From: Octopus bimaculoides
Lineage: Eukaryota
NCBI RefSeq assembly: GCF_001194135.2
Contig: NC_068999.1
Location: 40,177,421 to 40,241,420, forward strand
Direction: 5' to 3'
DNA length: 64,000 nt
Part shown: in pieces, positions 28,235-43,240 of the stretch
How the letters are laid out: each line of letters starts with the position of its first letter
Position numbering within the stretch: position 1 is the first letter of the stretch
Translations under genes and position numbers: made by a program
Notes under the pieces: model-generated
Told to the model about the DNA's origin: nothing
Databases searched by the model: none
The model's input: only the letters and a program-made list of their open reading frames with translations

Positions 28235-28418
28235 AAGAAGAAGAAGAAGAAGAAGAAGAAGAAGAAGAAGAAGAAGAAGAAGAAGAAGAAGAAGAACAAG
28301 AACAAGAACAAGAAGAACAAGAACAAGAAGAACAAGAACAAGAACAAGAACAAGAAGAAGGAGGAGGAGGAGAAGAAGGAGGAGGAGGAGAAGAAGGAGG
28401 AGGAGGAGAAGAAGAAGA
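28235..28418. repeat. Compound (AAG)n-(AACAAG)n-(AAG AAG GAG GAG GAG GAG)n array
   Basis: Direct read; stepwise change of the repeat unit. Confidence 0.95.
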
Positions 28419-28429
28419 ATTATCCTGCT

Positions 28430-28657
28430 GTCATTTGACTGCGGCGATGCTGGAGCACCACCTTCAATAATTTCAGCTTGACGAATTGACCACAGTATGT
28501 GTTTCGTTAAGCCTGCTACTCGATCTATCGGTCTGTTCGGCCGAGCCACAAATTTATGGGAACGTAAACACACCAACAGCGGTTATCAAGAGGTAGTAGG
28601 GAACAAACATGGACGCAAAGACACACACACGCACAGGCACGCACGCACACACACACG

Positions 28658-28692
<35 letters not shown>

Positions 28693-28870
28693 ATATATAT
28701 ATATGTATATATCCGACGGTCTTCTTTCAGCTTAGGTCTGGCAAATCCTCTCAGAAGGCTTTATTCAACCCCGGATTCTAGTAGAAGACACGTGCAATGA
28801 AAATGGTGTGACGCAGAGGGACTGAACTCGGAACCCTATCGTTGGAAACCAAGGTTCTTAACTTTGAAAC
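28430..28870 (-). mobile_element. Near full-length SINE family B with internal (CA)n/(TA)n
   Basis: GTCATTTGACTGCGGCGATGCTGGAGCACC..GGGACTGAACTCGGAACC is collinear with 57490-57930. Confidence 0.9.
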
Positions 28871-29375
28871 ACCAATAAGAGTAAAAGAGTGAGGAAGACG
28901 AGAGAAAAACGCAGAGAAAGATGAGCAACAGGAAAAACGAAAACAAAAGCTGTAAAATAGCAAGAAACATTGGAAGTGGAGTATAAATATATCAGGAAAG
29001 AAAAGAAATAGAAGATAAAAAACGAGATAAAGAAGAAGTCATAAATAATATGTAGTAAAAAAGAAAGAGTCTCGGAAAATCAAACAAAAATTTTTTTGTG
29101 ATGCGTTGAAGGTTGCTGATTACGAAATGCATGATTAGGTGGGTTACGCATTACGTTTGGGAAAAAGCAATCACTGACTTTCAGCAAATTCGTAAATTTG
29201 TTGGATGCTACGCTCATTAATCGTCTGGGGAGGGTAGGAATGAGTCAATTGGTTAATTCGAAAGGCAATCCTTCCTCTCTACGCATGCAACATGTAACCA
29301 ATCATTAAATAACAATCATGCAACAGCCGTTGAAGTTAAAGTACAACGAACCCTAGCAATTAATGGCCTTACACA

Positions 29376-29419
<44 letters not shown>

Positions 29420-29549
29420 GTGCTACTACTGTTGTTGATGATGGTGATGATGATGATGATGAAGATGATGATGATGAAGATGATAATAATAATATTAATA
29501 ATAATAAGAGTAACAATGATAATAATTGTAACACAACTATAGTCACATA

Positions 29550-29715
29550 AGGAGAATTTTTGGGCGGCGATAAGTCAATTACATCGACCTAATTGCTTAA
29601 TTGGTACATAATTTATGGACCCCAGAAAGAAGAACGACAGGCAAAGTGGAACCTGGCAGAATTTGAACTGAGAAAGTAACAACGGACGATATACTAATAA
29701 TTATTTTGCTACCGC
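29550..29715 (-). mobile_element. Degenerate SINE family A; its tail may have seeded the 29380-29525 compound microsatellite
   Basis: TACATCGACC..TTGGTAC..GGCAAAGTGGAACC..GAATTTGAACTG is the reverse complement of family A. Confidence 0.7.
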
Positions 29716-29729
29716 GTACTATGACAATA

Positions 29730-29782
<53 letters not shown>

Positions 29783-30329
29783 GCAAAAAATGAAGTACTT
29801 AAATAAGAGATACTCGCTCTTTCAGAAACAAAAAAGAATCACGAAAATGATCTGTTGATATGAAGATCGACCAAGAATAACTGAAAAATTAAATATTCCA
29901 CTCATATTCCAACTTTATACACATCAAAATAAGTTTATTCATCAAGTACTAAGGGAAAATATAATCTATATTGAATGGTGCACCGATTGCAAAAGGAAAA
30001 AAAAGAAAGCAAAGGACTCACATGGAGAAACATCTGTGTGTGAGTGTGCATGTAATTGGTCAGAAGTCGCCTGATAGCAAATCAAAACTATTTTATTTCA
30101 AGATTTACTTATATTTAACAGCTGAATGAATTTAATAAAAACATTTAAATATAAAACATCATGAAAATTGTTCAAACTCAGTCCTTCTTGACTGACACAT
30201 TTTTCTATTCGACTCAGTACATAATTACAGCTAGTATTCACGTAATTTAGATTTACTGTCGAATGACATTTGGCCAACACTGTATACACACACATATATA
30301 TATATTCATCTATATTTCTGTTTTTTTCT

Positions 30330-30525
30330 TTGTGCTTGTGTTTGTTCCCCACCATCTCTTGGTAACAGGTTTTCGTACGGTTGCTTCGACGAAACGTATC
30401 AACTTGGAAAATAGACACAGATAAATAAGACGCATGATTAAAAAAAACGATTGCTCAACTAAACTCTAAACGGCACTGCCATAGCATGGTCGCAATCGAA
30501 TGGATGAAGCAATTAAAAGATAAAA
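30330..30525 (+). mobile_element. SINE family B 3' half, degenerate
   Basis: TGTGTTTGTTCCCCACCATC..CATAGCATGGTCGCAATCGAATGG..AAAAGATAAAA. Confidence 0.65.
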
Positions 30526-30774
30526 ATGGCAAGCTGCCAAATAGTGTAAGAATGGCTGTAACAACTTCTGGGGAACCATGGCATGCTACATCAGCACACT
30601 ATATAGTGAAGAGGATTAAAAACTGGTAAACAAATCGAAAGCATCATAATAAGATTATATCTCTAATAATAAAAATAATTAACAGGGGCCAAGGAGGTGC
30701 TATAAGATATGTGACCGAAGATAATAAATGTTGTGGAGACACCGTGCGAATGACTCTGTCAGGTCACCTATATA

Positions 30775-32100
30775 ATCAAGACCACTGGTCCTTCTAGGTT
30801 TTTTTTTTTCATGTATCTCTAAATGATAGGAATTAGTTTTATTGTATATTTCTCTTAAGTAATTAATCTATATTTCAAAACTCTTTTCTGCCTCTTATTA
30901 TGTGACTTTCTTTAGATTCCTATATCCTGTTGATAGACGGGTGTATTTTTCTCTGAGATATTTTATGTTTCCTAGCATAATATATGAATCTCCGTGCAAT
31001 AGTTTTTCAGTATTATCACATTCGTCTTCCAGACCACTGTTCTTCACCTGACCACGTTTCTTTTTTATCTCTTGATTCAGCTTTTGCTATTGTCTGTCAT
31101 TTGCTTTATTCATTTTTCTCCTTCTTCGGAGTGATGTAATCTCATAAATCCTCTATTTCTTATATATGTTACTTTTACTAAATGTGGTAACTATTCTCTG
31201 CTGCAGTGTTTATATTGCAAAGTCCTTAGGATCTTGTAGTAATCTTGTACATATTTTAGGTCTCCGAGCATCGCTTATGTGTCTATAAACTCTGTCGTGT
31301 ATTTTCTTGTAATATTTTGATGTGCAATAAAGTGTTCGTTCAATTTTAGTGAGCCAACAGTCTTAAAGTTTTCTTCTCTTTCGCAACTTAAATGCTTAAT
31401 ACTGAAGAGAATTTCATTGCAGCTGTTCCAGAAATTTGGACATTTAGAGGATTTGTTGCTTACAATAGAGTTTCGCTCATTCATTTTTATTTTCATAAGC
31501 ACAATCTGATTGTTTGTGCTCTCCTTGTCTTTCACACCTTCAAGTACCTTCAATACAGGTGTTGATATCTGTGAACGTGTTTCCGTTCTCCCATTACAAC
31601 AACCATTGACATATCACATCACAAAGTAATTACGCCACGTGAATCTACTATTATATTTTGTACCTCTGGACAATTGCATTGTTTTCCTCCACATTTTTGT
31701 AAATGTATTCAAAATCTTCTTCACTGCTCTCCTTTCTCTCTGACTGAATGACGATGATGAGTGTAATGATGTATTATATCAAGGATATGCGATTTAATCT
31801 GAACATGTTGCTTATCTGTATCAAACTCAGCTATCTTCTGTTGCTCATGTCCTGAATAAATGGCCTTATTTCATCAACATCTGTCCAATGTAATTCATAC
31901 AAGCCCAATACATGTGTTTTGAATCGTTTGCACTCCATTTTCACATTCTCAATTTGCCCTTCTCATATTTAGTGCCTATGTTCATGCTGATTATCATAAT
32001 AGATATTTTCCTTGCTGTCATATTTCTTCTTGTCAATAGTTGCTTGATGAGACCAGAAAAGTGGGGTCGCCAGTGACACAGGAGCTTCAGTATTAGACAA
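30775..32100 (-). mobile_element. Degenerate RTE-clade LINE, 5' part (apurinic endonuclease and linker)
   Basis: Minus-strand frames: MNIGTKYEKGK/IENVKMECKRFKTHVLGLYELHWTDVDEI (like WNVRTxYxxGKLENVKxEMKRLxIxILGLxEVRWT); SSEEDFEYIYKNVE; VVVMGE; LNQEIKKKRGQVKNSGLEDECDNTEKLLHGDSYIMLGNIK; NLEGP. Many stops and frameshifts. Confidence 0.85.
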
Positions 32101-33181
32101 GGCCGCTCACCTCAAACTTCACGTGTGTGGTTGGACATCCAACATACAGTCCGAAAGTTCATGAATTTCTGCCAATATATACAATATTTGCTTGCTATTA
32201 AATCCTACCGTTTATCATTTTATATTTACGCTGCTCCCCTGATTGTTCACGCAAGGTTAAGGACCTCTTTAGCCATAATTCGGGGGACTGCTTCACGTCA
32301 CATTAATATAGTTCTGCTCATCCATGGGTATGTATGATATATATATATAAGAACGGTCACTTTTCCAAATGCAGAAATGACGTCAATAGAATTTTAAATG
32401 AAGTCGTAAACAACCGGAACAACTACGGCAAAATATTTTGCATGGCGATCAAATAATTCATTCAGTTAAACACATATTTGTTTGTACAATTGATAACATT
32501 TATAATTTAGTTGTCTTTATATTTAATCTATTTAACTCCAAATATTTTCGAGATGTTCTCATTCTTGCCGTAGGATAACTTTCTCTTTTCTGAACCTTGG
32601 AGATTAAGAAAAATATCATGGGGCTGACTTAAATTTACTACAAAAAAACAAAACAAAAAAAAAACGCAACAACATAAAAGTGCTATGCACCCTATTAAAC
32701 AATATAAATTTATTCTTTTTTTTTTTTTACAATTATGTTTCTGAGTTCAAAGCCTGTCAATTCAATTTAGATATTTATACTCAAGCAGGAAATAAATATT
32801 TGGCCCAGTTATTGGTTCTGCATTCTGACAAACGGAAATAACTTGTATCCTATTCTATTCTAAAATAATTCATATGAATCTGTCATTTTTCTTTATTCCT
32901 TTCTATAAAATTTTCGCTTGTTGCAGCGAACAAATTGTAATTGTTTTAACTGTTTGCCTTTATATATAAGAAGAACCATGCCATTGATTTATGTGTTAGT
33001 ATAGTATAATAATAAATGTGAGCGTATTGTAGGATTTATCGACACTTGGAGTGCAGAATCACATTCTAGGAATAAACAATTATTCTCCGTAATGTGTATC
33101 AACAGTAATGTACATTTAAAGCCCAACATTTTCATTATGGAAACAATTGGCAGTATATACACATATATAAAGATACACATA

Positions 33182-33225
<44 letters not shown>

Positions 33226-33752
33226 CACACACATATATATACATTGCTTTATCTCTGGATTGCGTCACTTTTATAATACAGCTGTCATATTTGAATGGTC
33301 ATCAATTCCCGGAAGAAAAATATTTTCGATGACAATATCTTACTTTTGTTTTGATTTCTTCTTTCGCCTTATATATTTCTCAGAAAGCTACACTGAATAT
33401 GAAGGTCTTCATGCTGTGCGTGTTTTTGCTGTTGTTGTTTTCTTGTTTTCGCAAAAATTGAAAAATATTCCTTTGTTGCTTTAACAACACGTTATTTTCC
33501 TTTTAACTTATATTTTCTTAACACGAAATCTAATAAGCATTTGTCGTTTTTGCTTTATACGTTATATAAATCAAGTGCCGTACTTTATCATTTTCCTCGT
33601 GTAAAGTTACTGTCATGCACATTACTCACCCCTCCCACATTTTACTGCGCCTCATACGATCAATTTTCTACTCTTTCATTTTTTCCAGGTGTTTCATTTA
33701 TTTCCTCAACCTATAGTTTATGCCAGAGCATTTTCTTCTACATTTCACAAAA

Positions 33753-33794
<42 letters not shown>

Positions 33795-35296
33795 ACACAC
33801 ACACACACACACGCACGCATACACACACACGCGCACACATTTATATAACATGTTGCTGTGAAGCCTATTCACAGAATCTCATTGCCACCAGAATTGCTGT
33901 GTTACCGATCATAATATATGGCAAACTTTATACAATAATATATTTTCTTACAGATAAATCTATGCTTTGACAAATATTTACATCCATAGAGAATATAGTT
34001 AAATATTGAATTAATGGAAAATATTCCTTCGATATCGTGTTTGATTATGAATACTTCCCGTTATCAATGTATTTATATTATATCCTTCCTCGGTGTCTAT
34101 AATATTTCACATGTTTACTCAACAAAGTTTCGATGTTTATCGTAACCTCTAACTATACTACTTCATACTGGTTTCATATTCAAAATGATGAAGCAATGGG
34201 AAAATACTGATATCAATGATACATCAATGATACATGCATGCTTGTTACTATAACTGAGAAACTGTAAAATCTGGAATTCGCAGAAACAGGTGATAATGTG
34301 TGTCGTTGATAACTATTAGATATAATAAAGACTACGTAGAAAATATCGAGAGACCGCCATCTGCAGGAAAATAAACCGATGAAGTGTAAGTATTCTTACA
34401 CTTCGGAAGAATCCCTGAAATTGTAATTAATCATACTTATCCTCATAATACAGCGAAAAAATGTCATTAAAAGCATTGCTTCAAGACTTTAATTCCGGGG
34501 AAAGACTTGTATTTAAAATAAACGAAGATTAGGATGCAGTGAGGGGGTGAGATAATTATTTGGTTATTTGGTCTCTATTTTGACAGTTAAATTCGTTCAC
34601 ATCAGTCATTTGTAAAAGTCGGAGAGGGCAGTCTTAATTTCCATTCTCTAGAGAATTATAGAATCTTATATTGCTAAACGTTCCTTTCCTCTAGCTCTGT
34701 TGAAACTAGTCAAACCTGGTGTCGTTGCTAGCAATATTTCTTGATTTCCCTGAAGAGAAGATTACATTGTTTTACACTATTTTTTCCTTTGGAATAATAA
34801 CAATGATATTTTCGAAACATGTGTTGGAAGTAAAAGAATTTTAATAACACCAGCGTTTAACTCCATTTATTTATTTATATTATATATGCATACACACACA
34901 CACACACATAAGTATATATATATATATATNNNNNNNNNNNNNNNNNNNNNNNNNNNNNNNNNNNNNNNNNNNNNNNNNNNNNNNNNNNNNNNNNNNNNNN
35001 NNNNNNNNNNNNNNNNNNNNNNNNNNNNNNNNNNNNNNNNNNNNNNNNNNNNNNNNNNNNNNNNNNNNNNNNNNNNNNNNNNNNNNNNNNNNNNNNNNNN
35101 NNNNNNNNNNNNNNNNNNNNNNNNNNNNNNNNNNNNNNNNNNNNNNNNNNNNNNNNNNNNNNNNNNNNNNNNNNNNNNNNNNNNNNNNNNNNNNNNNNNN
35201 NNNNNNNNNNNNNNNNNNNNNNNNNNNNNNNNNNNNNNNNNNNNNNNNNNNNNNNNNNNNNNNNNNNNNNNNNNNNNNNNNNNNNNNNNNNNNNNN

Positions 35297-35337
<41 letters not shown>

Positions 35338-36079
35338 ATTTAACTGATTTTCAGAGTTTTATGTGTGCGTTCACCAAACAATTGTTGATAATGAGTATTA
35401 TCACACCTGTCAGATGAATTGTCATGTGAAACTCTGAGTAACAGTCTCTGAAGGATTTCGTCAGCTTTATAAAGTAATATATTAGCCTACCTTTGGTATT
35501 CGAGTACTATCTGCATCACCTTCTGTTGCACCTACGTGCATACTTGCGCATATGTTTCTATATGAGTGTTTGTATATATCTGTGTGTTCATGTATGCATT
35601 TATATATATATAATTTATAGACAGATGAATATGTAGATTCATACATATCAAAGAAATAGACAAGATTGTATATATTTGTGGACGGGTGTGTATGTGAATG
35701 CATATGTATATGAGTGAGAACATGCAATATAAAATTGTTCCATGTGGATCTGTGTGTCTGTTATCACGAACCAGAGAAACACAGGAATGAATAAAGCTTT
35801 CTACTTAATTACGAAATATGTTTCAGCTCTTAATTACGCATATAATTGAAGTAGTTTTTTTTCTCCATTTATTCTTGTTTTTTCTCTCAATGTTCTGTTA
35901 ATATATCCACATCCTGTAATATTTGGCGTTTAGATTTACTTATTGAAATAATATTTTTTTCATAATCTTGTATATCCTGTATCACCTGACTAAGATAATG
36001 TTTAAAGATGCCTTTAGTGAAATGTACATTATTAAGCAATTAATAGGAGAAAGTGCACTGTATGTGTATATGTATACAT

Positions 36080-36126
<47 letters not shown>

Positions 36127-39100
36127 CGTGTGTGTGTGTGTGTGCGTGTGTGTGTGTGTGCATAAATATATACATACATATATATGTATATACAAACATG
36201 TGCGTGTGCGTGTGTCTGTACATAAATGGAAATTTTTGCTATGTATGTATATGTTTTGAACATATATATACGAATATATACATATATATGTGTGTGTGTT
36301 TGTGTATGTATATATACATTTGTGTGCGTGTGTGTGTATGTTTGTCCGTGTACATGTCTGTGCCCGTGTGAGTATATATGAGTGTGTGCATGTGCCTGTG
36401 CGTGCGTGTGGGTGCGTGTGTGTGTGCGTGCGTGAGTGTCCGCATATAGTTATACATCGCCATATATAGTTCCATACATAAATCCAAGCATACAGGCGGA
36501 AATAGTAATATCTTTAAGGTGCCAGCGATAAAATAATATAAAGTAAATGCAACAACAACTGATTACTATTTTTGTTAATGACAATTAATTAACGAGATAT
36601 GCTGCGAAAAAAAAAATAATCATCGTATTGATGTATCATAAAAAAACACAGTCAATGAAAACCAGAATACAAAACTAAGCATGTATGTCTTTTTTGTTTT
36701 GTTTTTTTTTAAGTGAATAAATGTCTTAACGGTTTACTCTGGTGATAAAATATTGAGCAAACGCAATACATTGTGTCACACTAATTAACGGACCTCGTTT
36801 TAAACATTCTACGTGAGCGTGGTGCTAATGAGCTTCTCGTTATGTTGGATAAACAGAACTTCGAACTTATGAAATACAGCAAAAGAAAACTGTGATAGCT
36901 TTAAGTAATTCTATTAAGTTATGTAAGCTCTCTATATTTTTCGTTTTTTACCTTTTTTTTTATGAGTGTTATTTAATTACAACATCGTGTGACTTGTTCT
37001 GCTTTACGTAACTGTATGTGTAAGTGTGCGCAAGAAACAGCGTGTGTGTATGAAATCGTATATTTCAATATAGGATTTTGTAACGTTCCTTTTTTTCCCC
37101 GAGAAGTAAAGAAATTTTGCTGTAATTTATTCGAGTTTACATAAAATGGGAGAATTTTATATACGTGGAGCATAGTTTTGTTATAGAACGTAATCAGATA
37201 AGTGTAGGCTAAGGCTTTTGTCCATGGCTTTTAGTCATATTTATGATTGGTGTGTGACGCTTGTGTTGATAGTATTTTGTTGAGAATTTATTCAAGTTTC
37301 ATTGAATTTTCTCTGCTTCCGACCACAATGATTAGCCTCGAGATCGCGGCCATGCTAAAATCTCGACTATATAATAAAATCGATAATTTTTCAATGTAAA
37401 ATTCTGGCGTTTGATGTTTGTTCTCTATTTCATATTGAAAGCTGCTTGATCATAAAGTAGCCCTTTTCGTCTGCATTGTATCAAATGAAATATCTGATCA
37501 TAGTCCACACGCTTTTCATAATCAGTACAATAATCTCTTAAATACCGATTTACCCTTTGAGAAATCAACATTAGAAGCTTGCTTAGATCTGTGCGTCGTT
37601 ACCTAGTTGGTCACATTGTTTTAACTATTTGTATACTTTTGAAGTATGATTTTAAGATATGATGTGTCATGTTATTGTTAGTGTGGTTTTAGTATGAGTA
37701 AAATTATATGGCTAAAGCAACATAAGTTCAGAGAAACTGCTTCTAGGTTCGGAGTTCAAATCCTGTCACATTTAGTTTAGCTTTCACTTTTGTATATCGA
37801 CTGAACCTACTGCAAATATTCTGGATTTGTATGCTAATTAGAATGACTTGTTTAAGCGATTAATATAATTTATTAAGATACGTGTTAAAAATTTTATTGC
37901 ATTCGACGTTGCATTTCGTCTTTCCAGAGTCGTTAAAACGAGTCGACATCTTCGTTTAAATAAATTTAAGCGTGGAAGGAACTTTAGGAGAATAGGAATT
38001 CAAACTCATTCATAATTAAGTACAGTCATATTTACAAGAATTTGCATATATATGAGTTGTCATTCCATAATAACACCAAAAAGTGAACTTTCCGAGACGC
38101 AGTTTTAAAAATCTTGTTTACAATCAAAATTCACTCGACTCAAATATTTTCTGTAGATCCTTGCGGCCAGAAGGATTTCTTATGAATTATTTCCATATGT
38201 TGCACGTTCTTAGTGATACTTTCAACAGGAAGAAGTTTGGCATGTGATTCAACAAATTCTCCACGGAAAACCAAATATGTTAAAGATAATGCCCTCTCTC
38301 AGAAATGTTATTGTGAGGTGCAACCTACCAAATCTTCGTTGAAAAACATGCAATTGACGAAATATGAATAATTCTTTACTTCCAAACTAGAGACTGATAT
38401 AACTGATTGAAAAATGAATTCTAAAATTCATTTTGTAATTCATTAATGTCCATCATTTTTTAAGATAACAAGGCAAATGACGTTGCATTGTTTACCCAAC
38501 GCAAATAAATTACCCTGATAAATTTACAATGGATTAGAAGAGATGCAATGGATTAGAAGAGATGAAGGATTTGTTTTTCTTTTCTCCAATTTGAGCATAC
38601 AACAACAATCAACTTCTTGATCATTGCAAATCACTCAGGCAGCACTTGCAGAGAAACACATGCTCTATGGAACACTTAATTTTTTTCAAACTCTAGTGTT
38701 ATGATCCTTTTCGGATAGAAAATTTCTCGACTATCAAGTTATATATGGTACAACAAAATATCTAGGGATATGTAAGAGCTCCCTCAAAACCCAAAGATTC
38801 TATTCACATTCTAATCAACATTTTAGACAATAAGGTGTCTGGTTATTTCCCCAATAATTTCCCCATTCGGCATTAATATAGCCAGGAGCCCTAATCTGCA
38901 AAGGCAGTGGTTAAGAAAACAGACAAATGATTCTTTCACCTTAAATAAGAAATAAGTGGCAGAGCAAAAAATCATGTTTGGGTCCCCGGTTTCAATTGAC
39001 AAAGTGTGACAACTACTTCCAGTTTATAATAATGTTCGCAAATCAATAACACAAAATTATCGCTTTTCAGGAAGTAAAAAGATAATTATCCTGCAAGACT

Positions 39101-39822
39101 GTTATATTAGTTGTTCACCAAGACAGATTTCAGCTAAAAAATGGGGAACTTCCATAATGCCTCAACGTGGTTTTAGATCAGCTGCGGCTTTGTAATGGCT
39201 CCAACAAATTTATCGAACAAGCTTGATCCCCATTTTACTGGTTGAAGCAAAATAATGAATGCAGTTATAAACAGATAAACCTATATTATAACATATATAA
39301 CCTGTCTGTATAAAAGACTTGAATTTATGGTAGATATAAGATTCGTCATATTAGTAAATACATCTCAGGCGCACACAATAACTGTTGCTAGATAGAATTT
39401 TGAGGAATACTTCTCTGCAAATGACCAAGTATATGCAACATGCTGAAAGTAAAATGTTTTATAATCGTTTTCATTATGCCTCGGACAGTAAAACCAAAAA
39501 CATTGAATATCGTGACGTCCTTAAATTTATCAAATATGATATATATAACTGAAAACCGATTGCAACACTTTCAGTAAATTACTTACCGCTGCATTTTTTG
39601 AAGTTTCATAATTTGAACATGACGATTTCTTGCTGAGATTACATTATAAGAATAATTTTAAATGAACGTATCATTTCAAGATACACCTGCATCTATGTAG
39701 TTTTCAAACTATTTTCATAATTAATTAATTTCAAAATTACAAGATAATATATGTTAATAGTCGTTTGAAATATAATAGAATAGTTTTTGCGTTTATAGCA
39801 AATGTTAATAGCAAATATTCTC

Positions 39823-40010
39823 TAAGGCAGCAAGCTGGCGAAAACGTTAGCACGCTGGGGAAATTGTTTGATGACATTTCTCTGTCTTTAAGTTCTGAGT
39901 TTGAATGCTGCCGAGGTCGCCCTCGCTTTTATCATTTCGGGGTCGATAAAATAAATAAGAGTTGAATACTGGGATCGATGTAATTCATTTTCTCCGCCAC
40001 CCGACGTTAC
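39823..40010 (+). mobile_element. SINE family A, near full length
   Basis: GCAAGCTGGCGAAAACGTTAGCACGC..GTTCTGAGTTTGAAT..TCATTTCGGGGTCGATAAAATAA..GGGATCGATGTAAT. Confidence 0.9.
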
Positions 40011-40134
40011 TAACAATCTTTTCGCTAACACATTGCCCAAGTCATAAACTCTGTGTCTAGCAGATTTAAGAGTCAAAACTCTCTCGGGTGTCCTCACTGT
40101 CGGCGCCCCACCTCAGCAGTTTCAACATACCTCT

Positions 40135-40395
40135 GCTAACAGCACTAGGAATTATCCCGATCTGTTGCCAGTTGCAATAGACGTCTGCCAAGAGGAACAG
40201 TGAGTAAAAATCTTGAAAACATGGAACAAATAGGGGCTGCAATAAGGGTAGAGCACTTGCAGAAAAACAACACTGCTTGGAACCGTTCGAATTCTCCGAA
40301 GGGTGCTGCAAAAAATAAGGAGGGTTACTTTAGTTCACTGGTAGGAAACAGCTGGCACCGTAGTACATCTCCAGGATTAGAAGCTGTGCAATGAC
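40135..40395 (+). mobile_element. RLE retrotransposon C-terminus and 3' UTR, second subfamily
   Basis: Frameshifted LTALGII..ENMEQIGAAIRVEHLQK/TTLLGTVRILRRVLQK, matching the R4-type terminus LQKTALLGTARILRKVL. Confidence 0.8.
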
Positions 40396-40667
40396 ACTGG
40401 GCCAGATGGCTTTTGATCTTAAACTGATCGGAAGTGTTCTCATGTACATTGTTTTGTCTTGGTATAAAAGATGGGCTACAGCAAATATTCCACTGTATGT
40501 AATGTTTGTGTGTGCGCGCGTGTATGTGTGCGTGTGTACGCGTGCATATGTCCATTTGCGTTGTGCGAAAACGAAAAAATTGTTTATGTCACTTAGTAAA
40601 TTGGTAAGAAAAGGCATTACCGAATATCACTGAGACAGAGTAACAACAGCAGCAGCAATAGCAGAAC

Positions 40668-40719
<52 letters not shown>

Positions 40720-41816
40720 TGTAGTAGTAGTTTAATTGTTAGTGGCGGTGGTGAGGATGTTAAAGTGATGGTGTTGTGATGGTAATAAGTAACAATATAC
40801 CGAATTTCCATATTGTTGCAAACGTTAATAAAATATGCAACAGCGGTTTGCCTCTTTACGTTATTAACCCTAGGGATATATGAAACATTGTGACACCTGG
40901 TGTTTCATACAAATAAGGTTATCGAACCATCATTACACATTTAATTCGACATGCTTTTCTTAACGCCAATTTAATAATTAAATTCTGCGCTAATACTAGT
41001 TAGCCTGATGTTAATAAAGAGATGTAACGCAATCACAAACATGTCTTCGTATCGATGATGGTTGCAAGCTCATGTTTATTTAAATAGATGCATGCATGCA
41101 TAAATGCACACATGTGCATCTACGAATATATCTCTGTGTGTGTGCTTGTGGGTATCTGTGTATGTGTGTGTGTGAGTATGAAAGGGTTTGTAATGAGTGT
41201 TATTGATATAACTGGTAATCTTTATAGTTACATACGCAAACACACACACACACACACACACACACGCACGCACACACACGCACACTCGCAGATATATAGA
41301 TATATACTTGATGAATGTTTATTCATATATGCAAACATACACATATGTATGTGTGTACGTATATATGTATATGTATATGTAAGTATGTATGTATGTATGG
41401 CGATAATGAAGGCGATGATGACGATGATGATGAGGATGAGGATGAGGATGATGATGATGATTTCGATTCAAAGGTCAACCTGACCAATATTTAAATAGAA
41501 GTTGAATCCTGTGGTGCAATATCATTCACCGCTAATAGTTTTGTTCTGCCTGTGCACTTAGTATTTATACATATTCATACATTGTACAGATTTGCGAGCG
41601 ATGTTGTGGATGTGTATATATACATATATATATATATNNNNNNNNNNNNNNNNNNNNNNNNNNNNNNNNNNNNNNNNNNNNNNNNNNNNNNNNNNNNNNN
41701 NNNNNNNNNNNNNNNNNNNNNNNNNNNNNNNNNNNNNNNNNNNNNNNNNNNNNNNNNNNNNNNNNNNNNNNNNNNNNNNNNNNNNNNNNNNNNNNNNNNN
41801 NNNNNNNNNNNNNNNN

Positions 41817-41849
<33 letters not shown>

Positions 41850-42595
41850 CGGGGTTTGTGTTCTTTATGCCTGCGAGTGTGTTTATGTGCGTGTGTGAAA
41901 TGTGTGGGTGTTTGGCTGTCCATTTTTTGATTATCGAATCCATTTATTTCCCCTTAGTCTTACATCTGTCCAATGATTTATTAATTCTTTCCCGGCTGAA
42001 TTATAACACTGGAAGTTGTGCTTGCATCGACCCAGCCGAGGAATGGTTAACGAAAAGTGTTAGTCGTTAAATACACTACACCTGTATTTCTATAAAAATC
42101 CACATTTAAATAATTACACGATAATTCTTAACGCTTTTCGAATTAGGTGGTTTTCTTTTTTTGAATTTTAACTAATTTTCGATGTTCACGCCTATTAAAA
42201 GAAACTATACTGATGCATTTTGAATAACATTATAAATATCAAACTAATATACTTATTTGTTATCTTCTTTCTCACGAACACTTTCTGCTAATCAGCGTGA
42301 CATGACAACAAACATTTGGTCACAGGTCCTCGTTGATAGCAAAGAAAACAAATTTCAGAAAACGATTTCAGAGTTTCTTTCGGTATCAGTATCGAAATGC
42401 ACATTCTATGAAACAATTTTGGTTTGTTTCATTTGTTTCACACACATTTACATTTTCATATTATCAGTAAACATGTCACCAGATAAAAATACCCATGTAT
42501 GGTAACATCGGATTAATCGTATGGAACTGCCCTAATACACGCACACATGTACACGCACACACACACACACCCACACACACACACACGCACACACA

Positions 42596-42636
<41 letters not shown>

Positions 42637-42849
42637 GTACACGCAAAAAAACACACACACACACGCAGAGAAAAACACATCCAGGCACACATAAACGCAC
42701 GGAAATAAATATAGTGACAATTACAGAGTTTTTCATTTTTACCAATCTGTTTAGTTACAAAAGGCAATACTAAAGCTTGAACCACAGTCAGATATGTTGA
42801 CTGTTCTCTCGTGAGGGATTCGATTCAGCAATAGTAAATGTTCGGATGT

Positions 42850-43240
42850 GGTATTGTGTATCGAGAATTTGTATCTCTGGGGCAGACTGTCCTGTCAATC
42901 GAGTGTGTTCATGCGATGTTTTGAAACGTTCGATGGATGACTTCCAGCGGAAGCGATCGGATGTGTGGGGTATTGGTTTCTACACTGAGCTCTCCCCACT
43001 CGTGCGTTTCTTGCCACACTTACCCTATTTAACACATACATATTTCTATCTCGTCCCCAAGAGGAACATGGATCTCAAAGGTCGCTGTTTTAAGACCGTT
43101 GTCGAGATCCAGAACGAATCGCAAACGGGCCACGACTCGCTTAGCGAAAACGACTTTCGAGCCGGATTCCGGAAGCGGCAGGAACGCTGGTACCTAGCAA
43201 GGTGATTATTTCAAATGAGGTGATATTAAAACTTAGGTAA
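42850..43240 (+). mobile_element. mariner transposase C-terminal remnant
   Basis: GIVYREFVSLGQTV / CDVLKRSMDDFQRKRSDVW / LPHLPYL..FYLVPKRNMDLKGRCFKTVVEIQNESQ..DSLSENDF..FRKRQERW / QGDYF match mariner GIVH.EFVP.GQTVN, PHPPYSPDLAP.DF.LFPK.K..LKG.RF and QGDYFE. The YSPDLAP motif is destroyed. Confidence 0.9.

Noticed and set aside
38527-38564. 19-bp tandem duplication CAATGGATTAGAAGAGATG x2
   Set aside because: Ordinary two-copy micro-duplication; not CRISPR-like, as there are no spacers.
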